A DNA stretch of 64,000 bases from Chrysomallon squamiferum (taxonomy: Eukaryota > Animalia > Mollusca): contig CM022677.1 of assembly GCA_012295275.1 (NCBI GenBank), positions 3,658,001 to 3,722,000 on the forward strand, written 5' to 3'. Every line of letters begins with the position of its first letter. Within the stretch, counting starts at the first letter, position 1. This document shows positions 43,928 to 58,400 of the stretch, one piece after another. The notes beneath the pieces were generated by a model, which saw only the letters and a list, made by a program, of their open reading frames with translations, was not told the origin of the DNA and did not search any database. The translations under genes were made by a program, and so were the position numbers.

Positions 43928-46134
43928 TTAGTTGTTGTTAATGAATTTCTAATCTTCAGACTAGATTTGACCTAGATTTGAACTCGAGACAGGAAGTTAT
44001 TCTTTGTAACACATAATACTAAATGTCAAAACTAAGTGCTGAGTCTGACTTGTCGCTAACGAAATATAACTTTGTTTCTATCATATTTGACGCGCCCAGT
44101 GAAACACTTCAATGAAATACGTAATACATTTTATATCTTCACTCGATTTCATTTTATTTTATTTTATTTTATTTTATTTATTTTATTTATTTATTTAGTA
44201 AGCTATTTATTTTTGCATGGATTGAAAGAATAAACTGAAGTACTTCGTTCGAAAAAAACAATGATGGAGAAAGGGAGAGAGGGAGACAAGTAGTTTATCG
44301 AATTTAAGAATAAAATTTTATTAGATTTCGGTTAATTAAAAAATAAAATTTGAACACTCGGCTGCGTAACAAACACGTTTCTCGATGACCTTGAAGAGAA
44401 TCTATTCGTTCTTCTTCTTCTTATTATTAGTAGTAATCTCTGTGTGTGTGTGCGTGTTCGTGTGTGTGTGTTTGCGTTTCTGTGCCTGTAAAGTGAGTGC
44501 ATGCATGTGAAACTGCACATTAATGTTTAACAAAACAAACTGAGTCCAATTCAACACGACATTCAAGATAAACAGGTAGCAGACGTTTTTCATTTAAATA
44601 TACTCTTCCAAAAATTGTGTCGAAAATAACGAGATGTTCATATCAATATCTTGCTTGCATGAAGCATTCAGTCGATTTTGTCTTGATTTTTATTTTGAAG
44701 TAAAAGTCATTTAAACTTCTTCATTAGTTTATAACTCTTTACGTTGCCAAATGAAATGCAGAAAACTTTAAAAAGCATTGTATATGTTTAAATGTAAATG
44801 AAATTAGAACAAGGGAAGGACGACAGTTTGAAACGTTTGCCACCAGAAAAAAAATCATTAAATTGTGGGATGATGAAAATCACTTTTCATAATGATGATT
44901 ATCAGAACAACTGATTTTTATCTTGAAAAATATTACCTTGATTTGCTGTACTTCTCTGTGACTGCACAGGTGCAAAATGCACTTTAACTCAGAAATCATA
45001 AGATAAAAAAAAAAAAAAAAAACAAAACAAAAAACAACAACAACAACAAAAAAAATCATGTTCAAAACACAAAACTGCAGCCTACGGTGACAAAAGTTGT
45101 AAAAAGGATGACACCAGCTCAGGAATGAATTATCAGTAAAATGTATTTCATTCATAAATCTTCTTCTTCTTCTTCTTCTTCTTTTTAATCCACTACATCA
45201 TACCTGGGTGTTTTTATTTCTTCTTCTTCTTCCTTACTTTCTTTTTTTATTTTATAAATAATTATGTAAAAAGGAACACCTCAATTCAATAATGACTGAT
45301 CAGTAAAATTTATTTCATATGTAAATTTTTTTTATTTCTAATCTGTTGCACGAATCCTGGATGTTTTTATTTTGTTTTTTTTCTTCTTCTTCTTTTTTTT
45401 TTTTTTTTTTTTTTTTTATTTATTTATTTTTTATTAGTATTATTTTGTAAGTAATTAAAAACTGTTTTAGTTAGGAGGAAAATTGAGATATTGAGATAAG
45501 TAAATAAGAAACAAACAAATTAATAAATAAGTGGAAATATGAACATCAGTGTGAACATTAGGACATCAAATCAAGATTCAGAAAAAAAAAAATAAAAATG
45601 ATTTGTGACCATTTACTAATAAAAATATTCCTCAGTCTTTGGAATAAATAACATCTGAATAAATAAATTCAAAAACATAACTTAATACAACACAACTACA
45701 CAAAATATAAACTTTGACTCAAACAAATAAACAGACACAAACATTTCATTTAATAAATTCCAAAAAATTACTTAATACAATACAAGCACATAACAATGAA
45801 TAAATAAATAAATAAATAAACAAATAAACAAATAAATAAACAAATAGCAAACACAATAACAAACAAAACAAAAAGCAAATAAACCACTACAAAATAATTA
45901 AATAAAAATTAATTAATTAGTTGATTAAATAACCGACATATGATTATTTGGATGACCAACTTATTAAACTAGTAAATATTATAATACACAATTAAAAAAA
46001 TAATAATAATAAAAAATAAGAAAATAAAAAAACTTACTTACTTTCAGACTTTAGGACATGATGCTAAAGAAAGCAGAAAAGAGAACCTAACTTACATATT
46101 TTTGTAAACAAACTAGATGACACACAAAGGACCT

Positions 46135-46945
46135 GATGTTAGTTTGGGGTTTGCCAGTTACTACAGGTGATATATATTAAAGGATTCTCAGTTATTGCTG
46201 GACCTTTGCATTCTTTGGTGAACAGGCTCAGAGCTAAGAAAAATCAAACATTGTTAAAGGAAGTTTGGGATGAGAGCTGTCAAATTAGCTTTTGATACTT
46301 TAAAAGAGAAGTTAACTTCAGCTCCAATCTTAGGGTACGCTGATTTCAGTTAACCCTTTATTGTATACCAGGAATAATGAAGGAGAAAGTTCTGCAAAGT
46401 TTAAACAATCAGACAAGACACCAACGTTTTGAAAGAAGCTTGAGCCTTATTAGAAGAAGATATTACTGGCCTGCAATGCACAAAGATGTGGAACAGTGGT
46501 GTAAACAGAGTGAAAGGTATGCAGTGGCTAAACTGCCACAACTCAAACTGAAACTACCTTTGGGCCATCTTATTGCTACCACCATACCTCTAGAGATTTT
46601 AGCCATGGATTTCAGTGTCAGAGCCATGTTCAAGTGGCAAAGAAAATGTCTTAGTTATGACTGATGCTTTTACCAAGTTCACTGTTTGGTTCCGTTGACA
46701 GACCAGAAAGCTGTAAGCACAGCAAAGTTACTAATGTCAGAGTGGTTTCAGTGACATGGAGCGCCAGAATGATTACACTCTGATCAAGGCAGAAACTTTG
46801 AATCTGAGGTAGTAAGTAGTGTTTGTACTCTTCATCAAGTTAAAAAGAGCAGAACCACTCTATATCACCCTGAAGGAAAGGGTCAGTGTGAGAGATTCAA
46901 CAGGACACTGCATGATCTGCTCCGCACAATTCCCAATGATCGTAA
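46135..46945 (+). mobile_element. Gypsy pol relic (RT/RNaseH junction plus integrase), internally deleted
   Basis: GFASYYR, IKGFSVIAGPL, LTSAPILGYADF, RYYWPAMHKDVEQWCK, PLEILAMDF, HSDQGRNFES, YHPEGKGQCERFNRTL. Confidence 0.9.
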
Positions 46946-48028
46946 GAAGACATAATTTTTTCCATTACAGTGATGTCAAATGGAAACTTACTATTAAAAA
47001 CACTGGCATGTATGTTTTCCACGTGACAGCGAGGCTGTCTGAGCTTTCTGTCATGATGGAGGTGTTGTTGCAGACTCCACACAGACAAATGACTGTGATA
47101 GTTTCTATAAGATACAGGTATGGCTACTTTGAATAGGTAGGTGTCCAGACAATTCCAGAATGTACAAACCACCCTGAAATAACACAAACAAACATGTTTT
47201 ATTTTATATATACAAAAATAGTGTGAATAGAATAGTGGAAAATAATATTCAGTTAAATCATTTATTTAAATATTCGTGGTTTTGTAAAAAAAAAATAATA
47301 ATAATAATTCCGAGATTTCCTAAATCCAGCCATTCATAGTGTGATCCATCTATTTGTTCAATCCAGTCAATCAATCTGTTCCTATAAATCATTTGATAAA
47401 TCTGTTTGTTTATCAATCTATCTACATTCATATTTCTATTACCCATGTTTTTATATCTATGACTACTGAGGGAAGTGGGAACTGCACGTATCCAATGTGC
47501 GATAAACCATTAGACAGGTAAAGCTGTGCCATGTGACACTATTAGACCCAAAAATTACTAAAACAAAAATAGGTTTAAGGGTAACAAAAACGTATGCTAT
47601 ACATTTCTATGATCAGACATATAGTTTGATATAGCAAGTGAGAGTATTGAGTAAATAATTATCAATTGTAGGATGACAGAATTTGAAAAATAATCTAGTC
47701 ATTGTGAGTTTAATGAGTTGTTTTCCAGGTTTAAAATGAGTTTTACAAAATTAAAAGGTCAAATTAAAAAAAAAAAAAACATTTTCTGTGATAATTTATT
47801 ACTAGCTAAGTTTGCTTATCAATATTACTGATTAAAACAACAGCATATTAATACAAAATTTAATAAATAATTAAATAAAACAGTAAAGAGAAAACAAACA
47901 AAAATGTAAATAAGTAAATAAACGAAAATAATAAAATAAATAATATAAAGGAAAATAACAATCAAAATAATAAAAAAAAAAAATAAAAAAACAAGAACAA
48001 ACAATGGTTGTAATACTTAAATAATAAA

Positions 48029-48093
<65 letters not shown>

Positions 48094-48635
48094 TAATAAT
48101 ATTAATAAAAACAAATAATAATAATAAACTGTTCACAGCCTGGATAGGTATAAACACTGCTGTACATGGATTTCTTTTACACGGCGAGGTCACCCTCTGC
48201 CAACTTGTCGCGGATGTGGATGTTGATGTCACTGCATCAGCCATTGATCAGGGACCAGCTTATACTGTAACAGTGCATGGAAGATAAATAAAAATAGCTG
48301 TAAAATTGTATATATAATTTTAGTTAATTTAAAATGTTTAAACACTGAAAATATCAACAGTTAATGATAAATTTGGTTAAATAATAAATATACATTTTTA
48401 AACACTGCTTAGCAAAATAAATAAACAAATAAAAAAGGACAGGATGCTTTAAAAAAAATACATATATATGTATTTATATTGATTATATCTGTCCATTCTT
48501 CTTCACTGATGACTGCTTATTCATTTTATTATTTTTATTTTTATTTCTATTTGGTTTTGTGTTGTTGTTTCTTTTAATTATTATCCTGGGGTACCACGAT
48601 ATCGCAGTACTTACTTTAATGGAAGAAATAATGAA

Positions 48636-48676
<41 letters not shown>

Positions 48677-48876
48677 GTATTACAATTTTTGTAACACATA
48701 AACAGTTTAATAAATTGTTAAGTTCTAAATAAAAAATACATTTTTAAAAATAATAATAATAATAATATTAATTACAATTTCAATAGCCATTATACTGAAG
48801 AGGAATCTGATATATTTATTTTTATATTCTATTACAAATTATTTTCTTTTATTTGTTTCTTTTATTTGTTTCTTTC

Positions 48877-48925
<49 letters not shown>

Positions 48926-49111
48926 AATTTGTCATTGAAATGTCATCTGTTAATTGCAACATCGGTTATAAAAAAAGTTAAATTAGAAATATAGAGTCAA
49001 TTCCATATATTAATGAGTAGTAGTTTATATTGTTAATTCTTATAGAAATGTCTTTACTCAAATTTAATTAGTAATTAGCTGACTCTAGTTAGCTTTGACT
49101 AATTTATTGGA

Positions 49112-49182
<71 letters not shown>

Positions 49183-50102
49183 ACAAAGGACATGCACGCG
49201 GGTTTATCGTCGACCGAAGCATGGGACCACTGGAAGGATCAACTCGACGTCATTTCCTTTTCTCTCGTTCGCCGAGACGAGCCGAGCCCATCCGAGCACA
49301 GCCGAAATCGGTTTTCATGACAGCGCTCAGACGACAGTTTGAAAACTGGGTCACCCTACTTGCTACCGATGACAATTTCATTTTAAACAGTGCACAAATA
49401 AGAGAAGAAAACAAATAGCAATAGTAATAATAGTAATAGAAATGACACTTTACAGTTCGAATGACAAGACACTGTTTACAACAAGAACACAGAATACAAA
49501 AATAAATAATAAAAACATAAATGAAATTTTAATGCCTTCCGCTTATTTTAATACAGTCTTACTTATACACAGTTTATATATTTCTTTTTCTTTCTTTTTT
49601 CTACATCACATATTATGTTGATATTTCCAGAACAGTATGCGTAGAAAAATTTAGAATGAATGATAAATGATCAGTGGCTTTCAGTTTATTGGCATAAGTC
49701 GTGCTTTTGATAATAAAGCAAAAATATTAATTCCCAGTTTTACTAACTTATGGGCATTTAATAGTCAAAACATATTTAATTTATCAAATTTATTTATTTA
49801 TTTATTTATTTTGTTAAAATAACAACAATAAATAAATAAATATAAATAAAAATACTTAGCAAGGTAAAAGACGAAAAATTAATTCGAGTGAAGAGAATAA
49901 ATCGTTCACTTTTACCATGTGTCCATTACGAATACCCCCAACTTATATTGAAAAATATAATCCTAATTTTCCTGAAGTAATTCGAAATATTATTTTAACG
50001 ATTAATATTTAGCATTATTGTTGTTTTGTTGTTAGAGATGGGTGCGTTTCGTTATCGCTAAACTAACTTGTTCTACATTAGAGTTTGTTCTTTTTTCTGA
50101 AA

Positions 50103-50110
50103 TGACGTAA
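50103..50110. promoter_or_regulatory. CRE/ATF-like site upstream of the Ras ORF
   Basis: TGACGTAA ~140 bp upstream of the ATG. Confidence 0.4.
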
Positions 50111-50244
50111 CAGCATCTGGCGCGTTTTTTATGCAGCAATAACAGAATCGCTTTTGTTTTAGTGAAAGAGCATACGGTTCGTCGAAAACTTAAAAACAAA
50201 AAAGTTTATTTTAGTGGTTACATGACTACAAAAACTGAAGTGAT

Positions 50245-50799
50245 ATGGCTGAATATAAGCTGGTTGTTGTTGGAGCTGCTGGTGTCGGTAAAACTGCCTT
50301 GACCATTCAATTCCTTCGAAGCTACTTTATTAAAAGGTATGATCCTACAATTGAGGATTCGTACAGAAAACAGGTTTTCATAGACGAGGAAGCATATCTT
50401 CTAGATCTAGTGGACACAGCTGGTGAAAAGCAGTTCGGTGCAATACGAGACCAGTGCATGAGAACAGGCGAAGGTTTTCTCTGTGTGTTTGCTGTGAACA
50501 ACGTGAGCTCCTTTGAGGATGTTAGTTACTACATGGAAAGGATCAAAACAATTGCAGATGCTCATGAAGTCCCGATCGTTCTGGTGGGAAACAAGGTTGA
50601 CTTGCCTGCACGTGCAGTGAACGTAGAGCAAGCAAACCAGATGGCAGAGAGCTACGGTGTCCCCTACGTCGAAACGTCAGCCAGAACGAGGCTGGGCGTA
50701 GACGACGCCTTCTGCACTTTAGTTCGAGAAATCAGAAAATATAAAGACAAAAAAGTGAAGAAAAAATCTAGAAAGTGTAGTAAATGCATTCTGTGTTAG
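50245..50799 (+). CDS. ras: Intronless H/K/N-Ras-like small GTPase, 184 aa, with G12A and Q61E
   Basis: [59 protein letters not shown], polybasic tail and CAAX CILC; AATAAA at 50907 and 51011. Confidence 0.95.
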   Translation: MAEYKLVVVGAAGVGKTALTIQFLRSYFIKRYDPTIEDSYRKQVFIDEEAYLLDLVDTAGEKQFGAIRDQCMRTGEGFLCVFAVNNVSSFEDVSYYMERIKTIADAHEVPIVLVGNKVDLPARAVNVEQANQMAESYGVPYVETSARTRLGVDDAFCTLVREIRKYKDKKVKKKSRKCSKCILC

Positions 50800-51806
50800 T
50801 TTACAGAAATGTGTGTGGATCTCAGTTTGTCAGAATGTATATTTTGATTTATATTCTTGATATTTTGTGATTGATTATTAATTTAGTACTTAACATAGAG
50901 ACGTTTAATAAACCTTGTGATGACTTCCACTGAATAATTCCTCGACATGACAATCAGCTGTTTGTGAACAGCAGCAGTGCATTATGGGACTGGATCATTT
51001 ACTGATATTTAATAAAAAGATTGATCGTATTCCTTCCTATGGGTTTATATGTATATGTATATATAATCAAGAATAAAGAATTTAATTTCAAATAATGTTT
51101 TAGTATTTATTTGTATTTCACTTACTATTAATGTAAAATCACTGCCTTTTGTAAAACTTGGAGAGAAGTAAAATATTCATTTATTTGTTAGGTGAGCGTC
51201 TATTAAATAAGAAATTCAGATTTGTCTTCATTATTTATTTCTAACTGATTATCTTTATACTCAGTCTGTTGTGTGCTTTCCTCAGAAAAATGTCCCGTAC
51301 TTAAAAAACAAACAAAACAAATAATAATAATAATATATATATTTTTATTATTTACTTTTTTTATATATAAACTGAACAGTAATATATATATAAAAGTCTA
51401 AATATGAAATGTAAATTCTACGTTGTTAGAACTTTGACATTTCAGTGGTCATTTTTAAAAATGCTTATTTTAAGTTCATATCAGAGTTGCTGTTGTTGAC
51501 ATAAACTCAGTCTTTTTCCTTAAATATTGAAAAGAAACACTAAATCTTAATATGTCCCTTATTTATATATATAAAAAAACTGAAACCTTTCTTGATAAAT
51601 GTTCTGGTAATAGGAAACCGCTCACTTTTTCAGTCACCATTCCTGAGTTAAACTCGAGCAGTTGTCATAAATATCGAAACAGCAGCGAATAAGGATTAAT
51701 TTTAGAATTCTAAAACTATGTGTATCTAGATAGCTGTCTTTTCCTCTTTTTGTTTTTGACTGTGATATCAACAATACCAATAATAATAATAATAATAACA
51801 ACAGTT

Positions 51807-51899
<93 letters not shown>

Positions 51900-53006
51900 A
51901 TTTTAGTTATTTTGAATTCACAAACTAGGTAATAGAAAGATATCAAGCGACAAGTTGGATGATAATGATTCGGTATGTTTGATTGTATAGAACAGAAAAA
52001 TAGTTTTGATAGAAAAGTGTGATTATCTGCCAGCATTTCACGACAGACAGACATCTACAATCGTGTGTTGCTCTCTGTCATTGTATTGGTACAAAGTTTC
52101 AAATTATAAACAATTTAAAAATAATCTCACATTCCAGACATATTTCAACCTTACAGAGTAAAAATACTGCTACTCGCTGTTTAAACTTTCAAATCATAAT
52201 CTTCCTAATGATACGGGAAGATGGAAAATCACACCTTTAGAAAATAAAATATGTGTGATAACTATGAGTTTCATTACATATTTACTCATGTCTGTTTCTT
52301 TTAAAGACTCAAAGGAACCGTTTTTCTGTCAATCTAAACCAAGTGTTTATAAATTTTATGAATTATTTAACTCTTAAAAAAGCTGGTGTTCTTTAAAAAC
52401 GTTCTATTTTCTGTAATCTAATCATGAACCGTAATTTCAAATCCGCTGGCTGATATACTGACATACTGTATATATATCTTTGTTGTGTACATTATTGTAA
52501 ATCCACCATCTTGTCATACTTATATCAAATTTTGTATGAATGTCTCCTCAAATGCACGACCAGAGTGTAAGTAACGTTCAGTTCGGTGTGTATTTGTGTT
52601 TATGAAACGTGTCTGTGTACGTACCTGACTGACCTTTCATGAATTAATGAATAAATGAATAAATAAATATAGCAAAACGTTTATTACGAGATCGCATAGA
52701 CAGTGTGGGTAGATCGCATGACACTAAAAAAAAACGTATCATCCATTCTGCAAGTGCAAGTTATCAGAGTAAGGTGAAGGCCAAACATGTACAGACTTGT
52801 ATTGTGCCATACAGGTTCACGCTGTTATGCAATTACAACAACATATCTTGTAAATATAAGTATACTTAGTATAAATAAATAAAATAAATAGATAAATGTT
52901 TTGCGTTTTTACTGTAGGTAGATCATTTCGACTTGGTCATTTAAAAAGTAGGGGCAATGTTATAATTCATTGAAATAATAATAATTAATCAGTTAGAAAA
53001 TCAGCA

Positions 53007-53014
53007 TGACGTCA
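53007..53014. promoter_or_regulatory. CRE palindrome upstream of the mini-EGFR
   Basis: TGACGTCA ~125 bp upstream of acaccATG, in a CpG-rich patch. Confidence 0.5.
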
Positions 53015-53135
53015 CGGCCACAGCATCCCGAAGTATAGCGAAGTTCCGGCGAGACTATTAGTGAAAGGGCGCGCACCGTGGACACTTTAACAACTATAGT
53101 AATTCAAAATTTTGTATGTAAGCTTGATTTACACC

Positions 53136-53451
53136 ATGAAAATTGTCTTTGCCTTAGTGTTGTCTTTGACTTCGCTACTGATTTATTTAGCGGACGAGCA
53201 AGGTAGGTTGAGTTTTGTTTTCCAAAATGACAGGAAGCTGAAAACCACGTGTTTTGGCAAATGTAGCGTTGTATAATATCTAACCGGGCCATTAGTTTTA
53301 TTTTTATTTTTCATTTTATATTTATATTTAACGTATAATAATAATAATAATAATGATAAAATATATAAATAAAAAAGAAAAAAAAAAAAAATAAAAAAAA
53401 AAAATAAATCGAGAATAAAATTTATAAAGATTAAATTTTTTAATTTTTGAC

Positions 53452-53501
<50 letters not shown>

Positions 53502-53677
53502 TTTGTTATATATATATTTAAAAATTGAACTTGGTTTATATTAATGTCTACAATATATAAATATTTTTACTTCTTAAAACAAATTTATTTAGCTAAAACT
53601 TATTTTCTTAGAAATATTCTTGTATAGAATGTAAACTTTACAATCTTATAATTAATATATCAGTATAGATTCAATCT

Positions 53678-53708
<31 letters not shown>

Positions 53709-55409
53709 AAAAGATGAAATTATTTGAAAAGAAAATAAGCACATTGTTGTTTTAAAATCAGTTTTATTTCCATTAATTGATACAGAAAATAGTAAATTTT
53801 AGTTTTTAAAATTGTCTTCATTTTATTTATTAATTGTTTACAGAAAGTATTAAAAACAAACAATAAACACACTCATTTCAAAAACCATATTTATTTCATT
53901 TAATAGAAAATAGTAAATTTCAAAAATCAGTATATTTTATATAATAATTAATTGTTTACAGAAAAGAGTAAAAACAAACAAAAAAATGGTTTGTCATTTT
54001 TAATGCTTACATTAAATAGTTAAAACAAACAACAGAGTAATTTATAAAAAAGGTTTTATTTTAAAATAAATTTAATATTAATAAAATAACATAATAGTGA
54101 GAGAAAGAGTGAGAGAGATGGAGAGAATGAGAGACAGAGTGAGGGAGAGAGAGAGAGAGAAAGAGAGAGACATATATATTTTTTTTTTTTTTTTTTTATT
54201 ATTTCTTACTCCTTTTATTCCTGTTCTTTCTTCTTTTCTTTTTCTTGTTTTATTTATGTATTAACTAAAAGGTGTTGTGCTGCTAGTAATAATGGTGAGT
54301 TAGTAGCTGGAAATAGGTCAGATGTGCTGCATTTTGCAGTTTCCCATGGGGTTGCTCTTTTTTTTTTTTTTGGTTTAATCACAATTAGGCCCATTTTAGG
54401 TGACAGAATAATGTTTGGTGGTCAGTTACGAGAATGTCCAGTTCAGATAGTGTAATTAGTGGTGGTTTTAACTGTTATTTGATTCAATGAGATTGTTGTG
54501 AGGTCTTGTTTGGGTTATCAGTATAATGTAATTAGTGGTGTTTTTAACTGTTATTTGATTCAATGTTATTTGATTCAATGAGATTGTTGTGAGGTCTTGT
54601 TTGGGTTATCAGTATAATGTAATTAGTGGTGGTTTTAATTGTTATTTTATTCAATGAGATTGTTGTGAGGTCTTGTTTGGGTTATCAGTATAATGTAATT
54701 AGTGGTGTTTTTAATTGTTATTTGATTCAATGAGATTGTTGTGAGGTCTTGTTTGGGTTATCAGTATAATGTAATTAGTGGTGTTTTTATTGTTATTTGA
54801 TTCAATGAGATTGTTGTGAGGTCTTGTTTGGGTTATCAGGTAATTGTTAGACACTTAAATGTTGCAGATTTCTGGTATTACAAAAGAAAATAAGTGAATG
54901 ACAAGTTACAGTTAATCAAAATGAATTGAAATGATTGGTCTGTTTTGAATTACTCATTGGTCAATAACAGTGAGGCCTATTTATTCTTATTTTTTTCTAC
55001 ATTCAAGGTTTTGTTGGCAACAGAAAAAAAAATGTTTACCATAGTAACTGATATTGAAATAATTTAAATTAATGAAAAATAAACATTACAGACAAATAAA
55101 CAACAAATAAAATAATAATTAAATAAAAATGAAATAGGTAATAAAATGAAATAAATAAAAATTGTTATTTAAAGTTCATTTTCTGGTGTGTATGGAGTTT
55201 AATAATAATAATAATTTTTCTTTATAATATTGACTTTAACAAATGAATATAAATCTTTTTACTGCACTATTCAAATATAAATGTTGACATTCTTTAGAGA
55301 TTTGTATTCCAAGTTACAGAATGGCAGGAATTTAAGTTAATTAGACATCAGGTTTTTATTTTTTAAATTTTAATTATTATTATTAACATACTACTACTAC
55401 TACCATTAC

Positions 55410-55497
<88 letters not shown>

Positions 55498-58400
55498 GTT
55501 GTTATTGTTGTTATTGTTGTTATTGTTGTTTGTTGTTGTTGTTCAGTAAGTCATCGAGAGGAGTGTGCTGACTCATGTGATGGGCGTTGCTATGGGAAAC
55601 TACCGAACCAGTGCTGTCACTCCGAGTGTGATGGGCGTTGCTATGGGAAACTGCCAAACCAGTGCTGTCACCCCGAGTGTGCTGGGGGGTGTAATGGAGC
55701 CAAGAACACCAACTGTCTGGTGAGTTGAACTTTGACCTCAGACCAAACATTAGCTCACTAAACTGTATGTAACCCTGTCTGTTGTTTGTGATTGCATGTG
55801 TGTGCATTTGAAACCTAAATTTATTAGTAGTAATATTTATTATTATTACTATTATTATCATTTTTTAATTTTTTAACGCTTTTTTCAGTCTTGTCGTCAT
55901 TTCCTGAATGAAGGTGCCTGTGTGCCCTACTGTCCCCAGCAGAACACATATGACCTTGATCTTGGTAAGATGGTGCCTAATCCAGAAGCCAAATTCACAC
56001 TGGGGTCTCTCTGTGTGAGGAAATGTCCAGGTAAACAAAGTAAAAATACTAAAAATTAATTAAACAATAACATAATCTGTGTATGAGAATACTTCAGTAA
56101 CTTCATTATCTCAAACTTCTTTAACTCAATATTATCTCAATGCGGTAAGTCAGACATATCTCACTACATTAACTCAAACTTATCTCACTACATTAACTCA
56201 AACTTTCAGTTACTCAGTTTTTTATATATTTCAGCTTCCATAAATCAGGTTTCTATCTTTTCAACTCAAATGTCACTCAATTTCAGTAATCTAAACTTTC
56301 ATCTTCAATAAGTGAAACATCCATCTCTCAACTTCTGAACATGCATAACTCAAACTTACAGCTCCATATCAGTATTGAAATTTATCACAGAAGTTGAATT
56401 GCAGTCTGTTCAGATACAAAAATAGCAAGACTAGATTGTAGAAAGTTTAAATCTCACATAAACTAACCTGTTTGTACCAGTATTTTCACTTGTCAGATTA
56501 AAACATTAATTGTTCATCATAACAAGTAACTTTGTTTATCACAGATACATTTATTTTTTTAATTTTTCTCTTAGTTATTTTACTTTAGTTCATTTTATTT
56601 TATTCATTCATTTATTTTATTTCATTTAATTGTATTTAGTTTCATTAAATAATTAAATTATTTATTTTATTTTATTTTATTTTATTTCATTTTAAATATT
56701 TATTTTATTTTTTTAATTTATTTATTTTTTTATTTATTTATTTTATTTTATTTATTTATTTTATTCTATTTTAATTAATTAATTTATTTATTTATTTATT
56801 TTATTTATTTATTTGTTTATTTATTTATTTGTCAGCTCACTTGCTAATAGATCAAGGGGCGTGTGTGAGGTCGTGTCCTGAGGGTAAAATGCAGACACCT
56901 GAAAACACCTGCATCAAGTCATGCATGGAGGAACCCGGCTACTTCAACGACGGCAACGCAACGTGCAGACGTTGTCACAGCCAGTGTGACGGCAGCTGTA
57001 AGGGCCCTGTAAGTGAATTGTTTGTTTTTCAACTTTTCAGTATTTCCCAATCCAACCTTCTTGTCCTGTGTATATGTGTTTTTATTTTCATATAGTGGTT
57101 TATTATTTTTAGTAGAATAAAACTATTGATAAAATGCTTTATTTATTATTTTTAATACTTTTTTAACTTCAGGAAAATACTGACTGTTTCTTGTGTAGAA
57201 ATGTAACAGTTATTCAACCAGACAAAAGTACTGTCTGTCTGTCTGAGTGTCCAGACCTGCACTATCCAGACAAACAAAGAATCTGTCGATTTTGCTGCCA
57301 TGGATATTCAATTGGGTAAAATGTATTTGTGTTTGTGCATGTATAGTGTTTATATATATTTATATATACATATAAAATCTTTCATGTGTATATATAGTGT
57401 TTATATATACATATAAGATCCCATACTTCAGCTTTTCCGTGTAAAGTAAATTTCCTTTGACTCCATAAGTTAATTAAATTAGACGCTTGATCAATCTCGT
57501 TCGTTTGTTGTTTTTCTCAGCTTCCTTGTTAGTATTTTTCACTGTTTTGTTTTCATCAGGGTTTTTTCTGATTTTTCTCCATTTTCTGAGTTTTGTTTTT
57601 CCTTATTGGTTTTCATTTCTGTTGTATTTATCCTGTGGATACTTTTTGCTTAACTTTGTTTTTTCTCCTTTGATTTTACATTATCTGTAGTATACTCCAT
57701 ACCATCACTTTCTTTTTTCTCCTTTGATTTTACATTATCTGTAGTATACTCCATATCATCACTTTGTTTTTTCTCCTTTGATTTTACATTATCTGTAGTA
57801 TACTCCATACCATCACTGTCACTGTCACTGTTTTTTTGTCTTCACTGTCATACTCTGTCCAACACTCACTTTCATTTTCTTTGTTTCCACACTTTTCACA
57901 CAGAAAAATTTTAGGGCAGTTTCTTGCAAAATATCCTTTTTGTTTACAATTATGACAAGTTATACTTGGACAGTCTTTCAACAAATGATTGTCTGCCATA
58001 CCATTGTAACAGACTTTTATCTGATTGTCATGTAATATACAAAAATATTTTATTCCTTTGTATATCCAAAATTTCATTGAATATGGTAGACTTTTTATTT
58101 CCGGTGGAAATTTCACTCTCACATTTCTTGTGCCATCTGCTATTTTTGTCCCTTTGTATACTCTGCTATAAATTGGTGTTAAATTTCTATTTTCATTTCT
58201 TCAATTTTTCTTCAATTTCTTCATCTTCTATGTATGCAGGCAAGTGTAAAAAGGAAACAACTACAGTTTCAGATTTTAAAATTCTTGCCTTTATTTTTAG
58301 ACCTTTCAATTCTATTTCCTCAATTTCCGCAAGTCATTCTGGCTTGTATTATATCTTCTAGTGTTATTTCATAAGTGTCCCATTCTTTCAGTACACAAAC

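Noticed and set aside
46970-47140. Exon-like segment after the Gypsy relic
   Set aside because: No recognisable domain and no partner exons found.
48125-48285. GC-richer exon-like island (minus-strand SDINIHIRDKLAEGDLAV)
   Set aside because: Flanked by stops and no family recognised; needs BLASTX.
49186-49360. CpG-rich patch with a hAT-like terminus (tagggtgacc on the minus strand)
   Set aside because: No matching second TIR or target-site duplication found.
54272-54294. Extra small exon in mini-EGFR intron 1
   Set aside because: Weak acceptor, and a 23-nt exon would break the otherwise continuous frame.
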